Positions 1-7,143 of a DNA stretch of 21,841 nt are shown piece by piece. The stretch comes from Minisyncoccota bacterium. GTDB lineage: Bacteria; Patescibacteriota; Minisyncoccia; Phycocordibacterales; Phycocordibacteraceae. Where the stretch lies: positions 1-21,841 of the forward strand of contig JBAYJI010000011.1 of the NCBI GenBank assembly GCA_041665205.1. Reading direction: 5' to 3'. Under the pieces are notes generated by a model. The model had not been told where the DNA came from. It searched no databases and worked only from the letters and a program-made list of their open reading frames with translations. A program made the translations under genes and the position numbers. Within the stretch, counting starts at the first letter, position 1, and each line of letters opens with the position of its first letter.

Positions 1-118
1 ATAGTGCGCGCAAGCGCGCCAGAAATTCTGAATTCTCTTGCAATCCCGCCAGAAAATCCTTGGTCGGCGCTTTGCGCCGTCCGCTTGTATCCACCGAAAA
101 AATCTTTGAGTTCTTTAT

Positions 119-203
119 TGGTGCCCAGGAGAGGACTTGAACCTCCACGCCTTGCGGCATATGCACCTCAAGCATACGTGTTTACCAATTACACCACCTG
201 GGC
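119..203 (-). tRNA. tRNA-Leu (anticodon GAG), class II, CCA encoded
   Basis: The reverse complement folds as acceptor GCCCAGG/CCTGGGC, anticodon stem TATGC/GCATA with loop TTGAGGT, a 13-nt variable arm TGCCGCAAGGCGT and T-arm GGAGG-TTCAAGT-CCTCT, followed by A-CCA. Confidence 0.88.
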
Positions 204-282
204 AAGTGAGTGTGAAAATAAATGCTAGCATTTATTTTCTGCGAACGCAGCCTAGGAAAGCTTGCTTACCTGGGCAAGTGAG
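196..282. repeat. 15-bp exact direct repeat ACCTGGGCAAGTGAG (196-210 and 268-282) spanning the tRNA-Leu(GAG) 5' junction
   Basis: Read directly. Copy 1 covers the first 8 nt of the tRNA plus 7 nt of upstream flank. Copy 2 lies 72 bp further upstream in the tRNA sense. Confidence 0.9.
214..239. repeat. Perfect 26-bp AT-rich palindrome GAAAATAAATGCTAGCATTTATTTTC
   Basis: The sequence equals its own reverse complement. The core AATGCTAGCATT recurs at 19652-19663. It could be a weak bidirectional hairpin or a protein-binding site. Confidence 0.85.
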
Positions 283-323
283 CACGGGAATGCGTGCTAG
301 CACACTATACTACAAACTTCGTT

Positions 324-839
324 TTACTCGGCAGCGACTGCCGCTACCTCAGCGGCGATCTCCTCAGGAATCACCTCCTCTGCAACAATCGCCTCATCGC
401 TCTTGAGGTTCATCATGCGTGCGTTCCTGAGCTGGCGGCGGACCGCCTTGGCCGCCTTCTCGCGGATAAAGTAGAGCTTCGAGCGGCGGACCTTCGAGCG
501 CTTCACGATCTCGATCGAGTCGATCGAGGGGGTGTAGAGCGGGAAGGTCTTCTCGACGCCGACGCCCGAGAGAGTCGCACGGACCGTGAACATACCGCCC
601 GCCTCGGTGCCGTGCTTCGTCGAGAGCACGAGCCCTTCGAAGACTTGCTTGCGGGTGTTCTTGGTGGTCTTCTCCTTCTTGTCGGTGCCGCGACCCTTCT
701 TGAGCTCGACGATGTTCTGTACGACGCGCACCGTATCACCCGCGCGAAGCCCAAGCTTTGCGCGCCCTTCTGCATTGACTGGAGTTATAACCTTCCGCAT
801 ATGTGTGCGCACATTAGCACGCGTCTTATTGAAGAGCAA
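324..839 (-). CDS. rplS: 50S ribosomal protein L19
   Basis: RAGDTVRV...QVFEGLVLSTKHGTEAGGMFTVR...GVGVEKTFPLYTPSIDSIEIV...RRSKLYFIRE matches the L19 pattern. The track start at 839 is a TTG. An ATG at 800 (MRKVITPV...) is an equally plausible start. There is an acidic, Ala-rich C-terminal tail. Confidence 0.9.
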   Translation of the reverse strand: MLFNKTRANVRTHMRKVITPVNAEGRAKLGLRAGDTVRVVQNIVELKKGRGTDKKEKTTKNTRKQVFEGLVLSTKHGTEAGGMFTVRATLSGVGVEKTFPLYTPSIDSIEIVKRSKVRRSKLYFIREKAAKAVRRQLRNARMMNLKSDEAIVAEEVIPEEIAAEVAAVAAE

Positions 840-1533
840 ATCTCCCCTCTATCCCGGAGAAATGCTCGAGTGCCGGGGCGAGGTCGCCCGGCACCGGCGC
901 GGTGATAGTCGTGCGTCCGCCAGAAGGGAGCGGGATATCGAGTATATACGCGTGCAGGCCGAGGCGCTTGATCCCAAGCCCCATCGGATGATTCGGTGAG
1001 TACAGGGGGTCACCAATAATCGAGTGGTGAATCGCCTTGAGGTGGACGCGGATTTGGTGCGTCCTGCCGGTCTCGGGGCGCACCAAAAGCAGCGAGTGCT
1101 CCCCCGTCTCTGCGACGACCTCATAGCGCGTGAGTGCCTCGCGCAGACGCCCCTTCGCCTTAGGCTGCGCGCTCCGGAGCCGAAAGTCCTTGCGTGAGCG
1201 CCCGATGTCGAAGTCGATAACGCCCGACTTCTCTTTGAGTACGCCGTACACGAGCGCGAGATAGGTCTTCTGTACGTCTCTGTCGTGAAATGCCTTCCGC
1301 AAGAAAGCGTAGGCCGCTGCCGTCTTCGCGAAGACGAGCACGCCCGAGGTGTCACGGTCGAGCCGGTGCACGTACCCCACCTCGGGAGGAGTGGTTGCCT
1401 CGTGCGGATAGCGTTCGTTAAACCAGTCTTCTGCCGTCGCCTCTACGGTGCGTCCGTCAGAGTGCGTGATAAGCCCCACGGGCTTCGCGACCGCAACGAC
1501 ATCAGCATCTTCGTACAAAATCGGGAGTTCCAT
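826..1533 (-). CDS. RluA-family pseudouridine synthase (no S4 domain)
   Basis: Catalytic motif HRLDRDTSGVLVFAKT, with ...GRTHQIRVHL downstream. 235 aa. Confidence 0.85.
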   Translation of the reverse strand: MELPILYEDADVVAVAKPVGLITHSDGRTVEATAEDWFNERYPHEATTPPEVGYVHRLDRDTSGVLVFAKTAAAYAFLRKAFHDRDVQKTYLALVYGVLKEKSGVIDFDIGRSRKDFRLRSAQPKAKGRLREALTRYEVVAETGEHSLLLVRPETGRTHQIRVHLKAIHHSIIGDPLYSPNHPMGLGIKRLGLHAYILDIPLPSGGRTTITAPVPGDLAPALEHFSGIEGRFALQ

Positions 1534-1555
1534 CCCCCTACCCTACCATCTCTCG

Positions 1556-2248
1556 CTATTTCCCGCGGCGACGTTCGCGCTGTGCGAATTCTGCGAGGAT
1601 TGTATCGAATTCTTCTTTTGTAAACGCCGGCCAGAGGGTGTCGGTAAAAAAGAGTTCGCTATAGACCGACTGCCATGGGAGAAAGCCGGAGAGACGCTTC
1701 TCACCCCCCGTACGAATAATAAGGTCAGGATCCTGCATTCCTACACTCCAGAGCGCTGCATTCATATCTTCTTCTTTTATCTCCTGCTTCCCTTCTGCGA
1801 GGAGCCTGTTCACTGCGGCGAGTATCTCTGCGCGACCGCCGTAGGAAAGAGCGACTGCGAGTGTCTTGCCTGAAGTCGCACTCGCACTCCCCTCTTCGAG
1901 TTCCTTTGCAGACACGTACAACTTTTCAGGCAGGCGGGCGAGGTCGCCGACAAAACGCACACGAATACCTTCGCGCGCGAGTTCGTCGAGGTCTCGCATG
2001 AGCGCACCACCGAACAGCTCCATGAGGTAACCCACCTCCTCAGGGGTACGGTTCCAGTTCTCTGTCGAGAATGCGTAGAGGACAACCGTACCGACGTCCT
2101 GCGTAAATGCGTGGCGGATAATCTCTTTTGCTTTTTCAAGACCGGCGGCGTGTCCGTCCATCTTTGGCAATCCGCGCTCCTTCGCCCAGCGGCGATTGCC
2201 GTCCATGATGATACCGACGCACGCCGGCGCTGAAGCAGTTTCGTTCAT
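1556..2248 (-). CDS. uppS: Isoprenyl transferase / undecaprenyl-diphosphate synthase
   Basis: GIIMDGNRRWAKERGL, FSTENWNRT and IRTGGEKRLSGFLPWQ are cis-prenyltransferase signatures. Confidence 0.9.
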   Translation of the reverse strand: MNETASAPACVGIIMDGNRRWAKERGLPKMDGHAAGLEKAKEIIRHAFTQDVGTVVLYAFSTENWNRTPEEVGYLMELFGGALMRDLDELAREGIRVRFVGDLARLPEKLYVSAKELEEGSASATSGKTLAVALSYGGRAEILAAVNRLLAEGKQEIKEEDMNAALWSVGMQDPDLIIRTGGEKRLSGFLPWQSVYSELFFTDTLWPAFTKEEFDTILAEFAQRERRRGK

Positions 2249-2287
2249 ATAGATATCAACGTATGCGACATGAAGTTTAGTTTCAAG

Positions 2288-2360
2288 TGCGCGGTGCAGG
2301 ACTCGAACCTGCGACCTACCCGGTGTAAACGGGTTGCTCTACCAACTGAGCTAACCGCGC
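2288..2360 (-). tRNA. tRNA-Val (anticodon TAC)
   Basis: Reverse complement GCGCGGT TA GCTC AGTTGGTA GAGC A ACCCG TTTACAC CGGGT AGGTC GCAGG TTCGAGT CCTGC ACCGCGC A. Canonical cloverleaf, no encoded CCA. Confidence 0.92.
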
Positions 2361-2361
2361 G

Positions 2362-2443
2362 TGGGCACGGAGAGATTTGAACTCTCAAGGGTTGCCCCAT
2401 ACGCTTCTGAGACGTACGCGTATACCAGTTCCGCCACGTGCCC
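2362..2443 (-). tRNA. tRNA-Leu (anticodon CAG), class II
   Basis: Acceptor GGGCACG/CGTGCCC, anticodon loop CTCAGAA, 13-nt variable arm, T-arm GAGAG-TTCAAAT-CTCTC. Its 3' end lies 1 nt from the tRNA-Val 5' end. Confidence 0.9.
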
Positions 2444-2465
2444 TTCTGCTCGCTTGCGCCAGCTG

Positions 2466-2537
2466 TGCCCCGAGCTGGAATCGGACCAACATTAACGGCT
2501 TAGAAGTCCGCTGTTCTATCCATTGAACTATCGGGGC
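2466..2537 (-). tRNA. tRNA-Arg (anticodon TCT) with atypical T-loop
   Basis: Acceptor GCCCCGA/TCGGGGC, D-arm GTTC-AATGGATA-GAAC, anticodon loop CTTCTAA, T-arm GTTGG-TCCGATT-CCAGC. It has C at position 55 and an A31/G39 mismatch. Confidence 0.78.
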
Positions 2538-2570
2538 AATCGCACCCCCTTACCCTAACCCATCAGGGCG

Positions 2571-2879
2571 TCATTGCGAAGGGTCCGCGTACCGGTACAC
2601 GCCGGTCATATACTTGGCCTCCTCGACCGCGCGATTCTCAAATATCGTGCGGATCGTATCAAGCGAAGACTGATCGAAAACCGATTTTGTCTCCGGCACG
2701 GGCGCGCCGATAACACCCCCGTTTGCGACCGTGTCAAAGGCCCATATGTTCCACACGACAATGCCCGTAAACACTATCGCCGAGAAGATACTCACGACGA
2801 GCCAGTCTCGCACCGGGTCTTGCGAGGTGCCTGTGCGCAGACGTCGTATAAGGGCGGTCAAGGTGCCGAAGATATTCAT
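2571..2879 (-). CDS. Hypothetical single-pass membrane protein, fourth gene of the pilMNO block
   Basis: Its start overlaps the pilO stop (ATGA). One hydrophobic helix (WLVVSIFSAIVFTGIVVWNIWAF) is followed by about 55 soluble residues. I do not recognise a family. Confidence 0.6.
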   Translation of the reverse strand: MNIFGTLTALIRRLRTGTSQDPVRDWLVVSIFSAIVFTGIVVWNIWAFDTVANGGVIGAPVPETKSVFDQSSLDTIRTIFENRAVEEAKYMTGVYRYADPSQ

Positions 2880-3391
2880 GGTGTTTTCGAGGTCGACCCG
2901 ACAAGCAGCTTGAGGTCGGCATGCCAGCTGTCTTTTACATCCTGCCCGACCGTGAGCGCTGCGACCGAGATATCGTACGGTGCCTGTTCTATCGCGCCGA
3001 CCGTGCGCATCACCGCGTCGAACGTGCCCTTCACGGAGAGGTTGAAGTCGAGTGTCGGCCGTGCAGAGGTGTTCTCCGACGAGACCGAGAGTACCTCTAC
3101 TGTCGACCCGAGTGCACGACCGCGCTCTTCGAGTCCGTCGATAAAGGAGACAACGCCGGTCTCAGGGACAAAATAATTCTGTACGACCGCCTCGTCGCTC
3201 GCAATCTCGGTAAGCGCCGCGCGTGTCGTCGCCATGCGGCTCACTGCGAGTGTCTTCGCGTCAATCTTGCTCTGGAGCTTCGTGACCGCGACGCTCTTGT
3301 TTGCAATCATGGAGTACCAGAACCCATACCCTGTGAGAGCCGCGATGCATACGACGAGAGCGAGAACGAGATGGAGGAAGGGGGATTTCAT
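2876..3391 (-). CDS. pilO: PilO-like type IV pilus assembly protein
   Basis: N-terminal TM helix, then a coiled segment and a C-terminal alpha/beta-type region. ATGA-coupled to pilN upstream. The call rests on position in the pilM-pilN-pilO order. Confidence 0.55.
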   Translation of the reverse strand: MKSPFLHLVLALVVCIAALTGYGFWYSMIANKSVAVTKLQSKIDAKTLAVSRMATTRAALTEIASDEAVVQNYFVPETGVVSFIDGLEERGRALGSTVEVLSVSSENTSARPTLDFNLSVKGTFDAVMRTVGAIEQAPYDISVAALTVGQDVKDSWHADLKLLVGSTSKTP

Positions 3392-3942
3392 GGTGCGAGT
3401 GCCAGCGTAATCGTGAAGTCGATGTCGCTGTCCTTTGCGTAGGCAGAGACGGGAAGATTCGCCACACGGACAAAAGACGCCCCCGAGAGCAGGAGCTGGT
3501 AACTGCGGAGCGAGTCGCGCGTCGCAGCAACACCCGAGACCGTGAGTGTCCCTGGGACGGTCCCGCGAGTGGGCTGATACGAGAAGTCTGAGAGCGTAAC
3601 CCCCGGGCGAGAAATATCGAGTACCGAGCGGATAACGCTGCTTGCCGATGGCGACTCTCTTAGTGCCGAGAGAGCGGCGGTGTTGCTGCTAAGCGCAGCA
3701 ACACGTGCTGAGAGTACCGATTCGTCAGAGGAGGAGAGTACCGATTCGATATTAGCGAGACGCGCCGTCTTCGCACGAGAGCTCTCTCCGAGCAATACAT
3801 ACGTCGGCACCAAGAGCGCCATGGCTGCGAGCGTGAGTGCTGTCACGAAGAGAGTCGCGACGACTCCGAGCCGTAGGAGATATTCACGCGCGAGCGCCTT
3901 CTGGCGTTCGGGTGGGAGCAGGTTGGTGAGGTCGTTGTGCAT
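3388..3942 (-). CDS. pilN: PilN-like type IV pilus assembly protein
   Basis: Start chosen at the ATG at 3942 (MHNDLTNLLPPERQKALAREYLLRLGVVATLFVTALTLAAMALLV), 1 nt after the pilM stop. It has the short cytoplasmic N-terminus and TM helix typical of PilN. The longer track ORF (to 4203) overlaps pilM. Confidence 0.6.
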   Translation of the reverse strand: MHNDLTNLLPPERQKALAREYLLRLGVVATLFVTALTLAAMALLVPTYVLLGESSRAKTARLANIESVLSSSDESVLSARVAALSSNTAALSALRESPSASSVIRSVLDISRPGVTLSDFSYQPTRGTVPGTLTVSGVAATRDSLRSYQLLLSGASFVRVANLPVSAYAKDSDIDFTITLALAP

Positions 3943-3943
3943 A

Positions 3944-5038
3944 TTACGAGTAGAGCTCTGCATCGTTGCGGAGTGCGAGCCCGATAGCGGTCGCGTACGC
4001 AAGCGACTCGGTGTAATCGAGGTCGGGGATCCATGTGTCGCGCGAGGCGAGGTTGGTGAACACGTCCCCGGCGACCACGGGGATGCGCAGTGCCCCTTCA
4101 AGGTACTCGGCGAGACCGCGCACCGACGCGTTGCCTCCGGCAAGTACCGCGTGCGTGACGGGCTCGTGCCCGGCGAGTGTCGCCTTCTCTTGCCAGTAGG
4201 CAAGCCGGCGAGAGATCTCGTCGCGAATCGCAGAGATTGTCGAGAACATCGCCGCGAGATAGTCTTCGTTCCCCGGTGCCGACACGATGCCGTGCTCTGC
4301 CTTCACCTTGCGTGCTTCTGACTCGGTCACACCGAAGTGCTTCTGGACCGCGAGCGTGAGCGCGTGCCCGCCAATACCGATTGTCGCCGCGAAACGCGGT
4401 ATGCGCTTCGCGACGATAGCCACCTTCGTCGTCGTTTTGCCGACGTCGATAATGAGCGCGGTAGAGGTGTCGCCCACCGGCAGGAGCGCACGCGCCATCG
4501 CGAACGTCTCTCCCTCAAGCGCCTGCACCTTGATGCCCGCCTGATCAAAGACCGAGAGTGTGTCGTCGACCACACGCCGTGCAAAACCGATCCCGGCAAC
4601 GCGCGTATTCCCTTGTGCGTCTTGTCCGACATCGATGATGTCGAATGCGGTCTCTGCCGGCGGGAGCGGTATAAGCTCGTCGAGGTGCTGTTCGACGGCG
4701 ATGCGCCGTTCTGTCCGCTTCATCCCCTGCACCGCCGTCTCAAAGAGATACGACTTCGACTCAGGGAGTGCGACGTTCGCGGTGAAGATACCGGCGGCCT
4801 TGGCGGCCATAGCAAGTGCCTCGGTGACTGCAGCCTGGTCGGTAATCTCGCCGTCGGTGTAGACCCCGAGAGGGAGACGCGCTTGCGCGTACTGACTGAG
4901 GATAAGTCCATGCGGACTCTCTTTGAGAGAGACCGCCTTCACTCCACTGGTCGAGATATCAATACCCGAGAGTGCTGGCGCGAGATACTGCGGCGGAGCA
5001 AAGGCGGCGCGCATGCGTTCGCTAAAAACAGAAGACAT
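3944..5038 (-). CDS. pilM: Type IV pilus assembly protein PilM (actin/HSP70-fold ATPase-like)
   Basis: 364 aa with GIDISTSGVKAV..., ...IIDVGKTTTKVAIV... and ...VLAGGNASVRGLAEYLE, the pattern of PilM/FtsA-like proteins. Confidence 0.82.
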   Translation of the reverse strand: MSSVFSERMRAAFAPPQYLAPALSGIDISTSGVKAVSLKESPHGLILSQYAQARLPLGVYTDGEITDQAAVTEALAMAAKAAGIFTANVALPESKSYLFETAVQGMKRTERRIAVEQHLDELIPLPPAETAFDIIDVGQDAQGNTRVAGIGFARRVVDDTLSVFDQAGIKVQALEGETFAMARALLPVGDTSTALIIDVGKTTTKVAIVAKRIPRFAATIGIGGHALTLAVQKHFGVTESEARKVKAEHGIVSAPGNEDYLAAMFSTISAIRDEISRRLAYWQEKATLAGHEPVTHAVLAGGNASVRGLAEYLEGALRIPVVAGDVFTNLASRDTWIPDLDYTESLAYATAIGLALRNDAELYS

Positions 5039-5044
5039 AGCTAA

Positions 5045-5053
5045 AGAGTATCA
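5045..5053 (-). promoter_or_regulatory. Extended -10 (TGaTACTCT) 6 nt upstream of the pilM ATG, leaderless-type
   Basis: The minus strand reads GTGATACTCTTTAGCATG. There is no SD in the 39-nt gap to the upstream gene. Confidence 0.4.
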
Positions 5054-5077
5054 CGAGGCTCTCCCCTCGCCGCACGA

Positions 5078-5470
5078 TTAATGTGCACTCGTGCCCGGAG
5101 GGATGTCGCGGTCGGGAGTGAGAAAGGCGAATGTCTCGCCTGACCCGACAGCAAACAGCATGCCGTCACTCTCGAGGCCGCGTATCGTACGCGGCTCGAG
5201 GTTCGTGACAAATGCGAGTTGGCGACCGATAAGTGATTCAGGTTCAGCGACGTATGCCGCGATGCCTGAGACAATCTGGCGCGGTTTTTTCTCTCCTTCG
5301 GGAGAGGTCTCGCCGAAGTCGACCACGAGCCGTAAGAGCTTGTCCGTCTCGGGTACGCGCTCGGCACTCTGTACGGTGCCGACCTTTACTTCAATCTTGC
5401 TGAACTCATCAATCGTGATGCGGGGCTTACCTGCCCCGTTAGGACTGTCTGTATGTTTAATGGGGTCCAT
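5078..5470 (-). CDS. tRNA-binding domain protein (CsaA/Trbp111/MetRS C-terminal EMAP-like)
   Basis: ITIDEFSKIEVKVGTVQSAERVPETDKLLRLVVDFGE...RQIVSGIAAYV...LIGRQLAFVTNLEPRTIRGLESDGMLFAV matches the OB-fold tRNA-binding domain. Start set at the ATG at 5470, because the longer track ORF overlaps ruvX. Confidence 0.8.
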   Translation of the reverse strand: MDPIKHTDSPNGAGKPRITIDEFSKIEVKVGTVQSAERVPETDKLLRLVVDFGETSPEGEKKPRQIVSGIAAYVAEPESLIGRQLAFVTNLEPRTIRGLESDGMLFAVGSGETFAFLTPDRDIPPGTSAH

Positions 5471-5876
5471 GATCCGTGCGTGAAAGATAACTCGTAAGAA
5501 TAAGTGCTGCGGCAGAGGCGTCGACGTGCTTGTGTGTCTTCGGCGCGCGCGACTTTGCCTCCTTCTCCGGCGCGCGACGCGCGAGTGCAGTGGTAAACAC
5601 TTCAGACTCGAAGAACACTGGAGTGCCTGCACGCTCGGTGATCTCTTCGCCAAGCGCGCGGGCGTCCTTCGCTATCGGGTTCTCGCCACCGGCGAGGTCG
5701 CGTGACTCACCGATCACGACCGCGCCGACATCTTCTCTCGCAATGAGCGCGCAGAGCTCGTCGACAAGCCGTGGCGTATTCGAGACGATAGTGTGCGGGA
5801 AGCCCATCGTACCCGCTTCGTCAGAAAGGGCGAGGCCTATTTTCTTGCTCCCGTAATCCACTCCGAGGTAACGCAT
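5457..5876 (-). CDS. ruvX: Holliday junction resolvase-like / pre-16S rRNA nuclease RuvX (YqgF)
   Basis: MRYLGVDYGSKKIGLALSD...VVIGESRDLAGGENP...SAAALILTSYL. Start set at the ATG at 5876. Confidence 0.85.
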   Translation of the reverse strand: MRYLGVDYGSKKIGLALSDEAGTMGFPHTIVSNTPRLVDELCALIAREDVGAVVIGESRDLAGGENPIAKDARALGEEITERAGTPVFFESEVFTTALARRAPEKEAKSRAPKTHKHVDASAAALILTSYLSRTDHGPH

Positions 5877-5884
5877 AAGAGCAG

Positions 5885-5904
5885 TGTGTGGTATAATCCA
5901 CACA
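5885..5904 (+). promoter_or_regulatory. Extended -10 promoter TGgTATAAT inside a 7-bp inverted repeat (TGTGTGG / CCACACA)
   Basis: TATAAT is at 5892-5897 and the ATG at 5906 (8-nt gap, no SD). The element sits in the 29-bp divergent gap between ruvX and the next gene. Confidence 0.55.
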
Positions 5905-5905
5905 T

Positions 5906-6169
5906 ATGCAACCATTCACGCCGTTCTACTCCCCATTTGCACCCGAGCTCATGCTCGCTCTCATCCCGATCATCGCTGCCGTGGCGATCTGGACGGTCAT
6001 CATCAAAGGGTACGCGCTCTGGCACGCTGCGCGCAACAGCCAGAAGGGCTGGTTCATCGCCCTCCTCGTCATCAATACGCTCGGTATCCTCGAGGTTATC
6101 TATCTCGTCTGGTACCGCCCCACTTCCAAGACTTCTACACCTGCGGTAAGCTCATCAACGCAGGCGTAG
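5906..6169 (+). CDS. DUF5652-like small membrane protein
   Basis: Two TM helices and the motif KGYALWHAARNSQKGWFIALLVINTLGILEVIYL. I recall this motif from the DUF5652 family, which is common in CPR genomes. Confidence 0.6.
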   Translation: MQPFTPFYSPFAPELMLALIPIIAAVAIWTVIIKGYALWHAARNSQKGWFIALLVINTLGILEVIYLVWYRPTSKTSTPAVSSSTQA

Positions 6170-6175
6170 CAGAAG

Positions 6176-6262
6176 GGATGGTTGGCTGAGAGGTCGAAAG
6201 CGGTTGACTTGAAATCAACTGTACTGGAAACGGTACCGCAGGTTCGAATCCTGCACCATCCG
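6176..6262 (+). tRNA. tRNA-Ser (anticodon TGA), class II
   Basis: Acceptor GGATGGT/ACCATCC, anticodon stem GTTGA/TCAAC with loop CTTGAAA, 18-nt variable arm, T-arm GCAGG-TTCGAAT-CCTGC, discriminator G. Confidence 0.9.
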
Positions 6263-6297
6263 CATTTGAATTGAAAACGTGATGTTATACTTTTCTC

Positions 6298-6771
6298 ATG
6301 CCTCGCGATGCGCTTGCACAATGGGAAGGGAGAGAGTACGACCACAACCCGAAGAGCGCCGATTGGTATTGGGCGCTCGGCATTATCGCCGTTGCCGGTA
6401 CCGTGGCGGCGATACTCTTCAGCAATTACTTGCTCGCGGCGCTGGTGCTTATCGCTGCCGCATCGCTCGCCCTCCATGCGGCGAAGGAGCCGTCGATTCA
6501 TCGATTCGCTCTTGTCGAACAAGGGGTCCTCGTTGGCGACGACCTGCACCCTTTCGAGCGCATGGTCTCGTTCTCGGTGCTCGAAGACGTCGAGGGAGAA
6601 TTACCCCCGATGATCTCTATCAAGACCGAGAGCTGGCTCTCGCCGCATCTCATTATCCCCCTTGAGGGGGTCGATGCTGACATGGTCTACCACTACTTCT
6701 TGCAGCACGTTGATGAGCGCGAACACACGCACACCTTCAACGATCTGGTGGCGGCGTGGCTCGGATTCTGA
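6298..6771 (+). CDS. Hypothetical membrane protein (two TM helices plus a soluble C-terminal domain)
   Basis: WYWALGIIAVAGTVAAILFSNYLLAALVLIAAASLAL is followed by about 95 soluble residues. TGtTATACT lies 6 nt upstream of the ATG. Confidence 0.6.
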   Translation: MPRDALAQWEGREYDHNPKSADWYWALGIIAVAGTVAAILFSNYLLAALVLIAAASLALHAAKEPSIHRFALVEQGVLVGDDLHPFERMVSFSVLEDVEGELPPMISIKTESWLSPHLIIPLEGVDADMVYHYFLQHVDEREHTHTFNDLVAAWLGF

Positions 6772-6822
6772 CTATCGCTTCTTTTTTATTCCCAGATAGT
6801 GAACATAGGACATACTAACTAG

Positions 6823-7143
6823 TGTTTCTGTAATACAGACCCGGTTCTAGCAAAACTGTATATCTCGCTACTGCGATCGTCATTCCCGCTGGACGAAAGC
6901 CGCATTCGCATCAGGATTCATCTCCACCACTATCACTCGCATCGTGAAGCAATAGCGTTTTGGTCGAAGCTCCTCGGGGTACCGAGTTCGCAATTCGGCA
7001 AGATTTATGTTAAAAAACGAAGTGTACAGAGACGCTTTCGGAAAAACTTCCAGGGCATCTGTTTCATCAATTATTTTGATGGTGCAGTGCGAAGAGAGTT
7101 GCTCTCACTCGGGCAACAGATAGCTCAAAAGTACGCAGAATAA
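6823..7143 (+). pseudogene. Start-less 106-codon open frame resembling the C-terminal half of LAGLIDADG-type/endonuclease-like proteins (relic)
   Basis: Frame 1 is open from the TAG at 6820 to the TAA at 7141 but has no ATG/GTG/TTG near its 5' end. It translates to ...DPVLAKLYISLLRSSFPLDESRIRIRIHLHHYHSHREAIAFWSKLLGVPSSQFGKIYVKKRS...GICFINYFDGAVRRELLSLGQQIAQKYAE. The flanking sequence is AT-rich (39% GC hand count for 6781-6880). The family assignment is from memory only. Confidence 0.35.

Noticed and set aside
1-118. A possible 5' end of a minus-strand CDS (GTG at 92-90) or an RNA element with repeated CGCCAGAAA and GC hairpins.
   Set aside because: All three minus-strand frames are open over this short stretch. 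There is no SD or -10 at the expected distance and too little sequence to judge. The plus-strand ORFs 4-228 and 137-406 overlap tRNA-Leu and are spurious.
281-298. The hairpin AGCACG-ggaatg-CGTGCT just downstream of rplS as a terminator.
   Set aside because: It is a short 6-bp stem with no T-tract on the minus strand. rplS probably reads through to tRNA-Leu(GAG).
3943-4203. The 5' extensions of track ORFs: pilN to 4203, the tRNA-binding protein to 5653, ruvX to 5915, NUDIX to 12332, tsaE to 15882 and ruvC from 21055.
   Set aside because: The extensions overlap the upstream gene in another frame and translate to Arg/Ser/Pro-rich junk. In each case an internal ATG starts exactly where family homology begins and fits operon coupling or a -10 box.
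4337-5044. A 235-aa plus-strand ORF and several 60-100-aa ORFs inside pilM.
   Set aside because: They are antisense or out of frame to a well-supported PilM. Their composition is Arg-rich and lacks any protein family signature.
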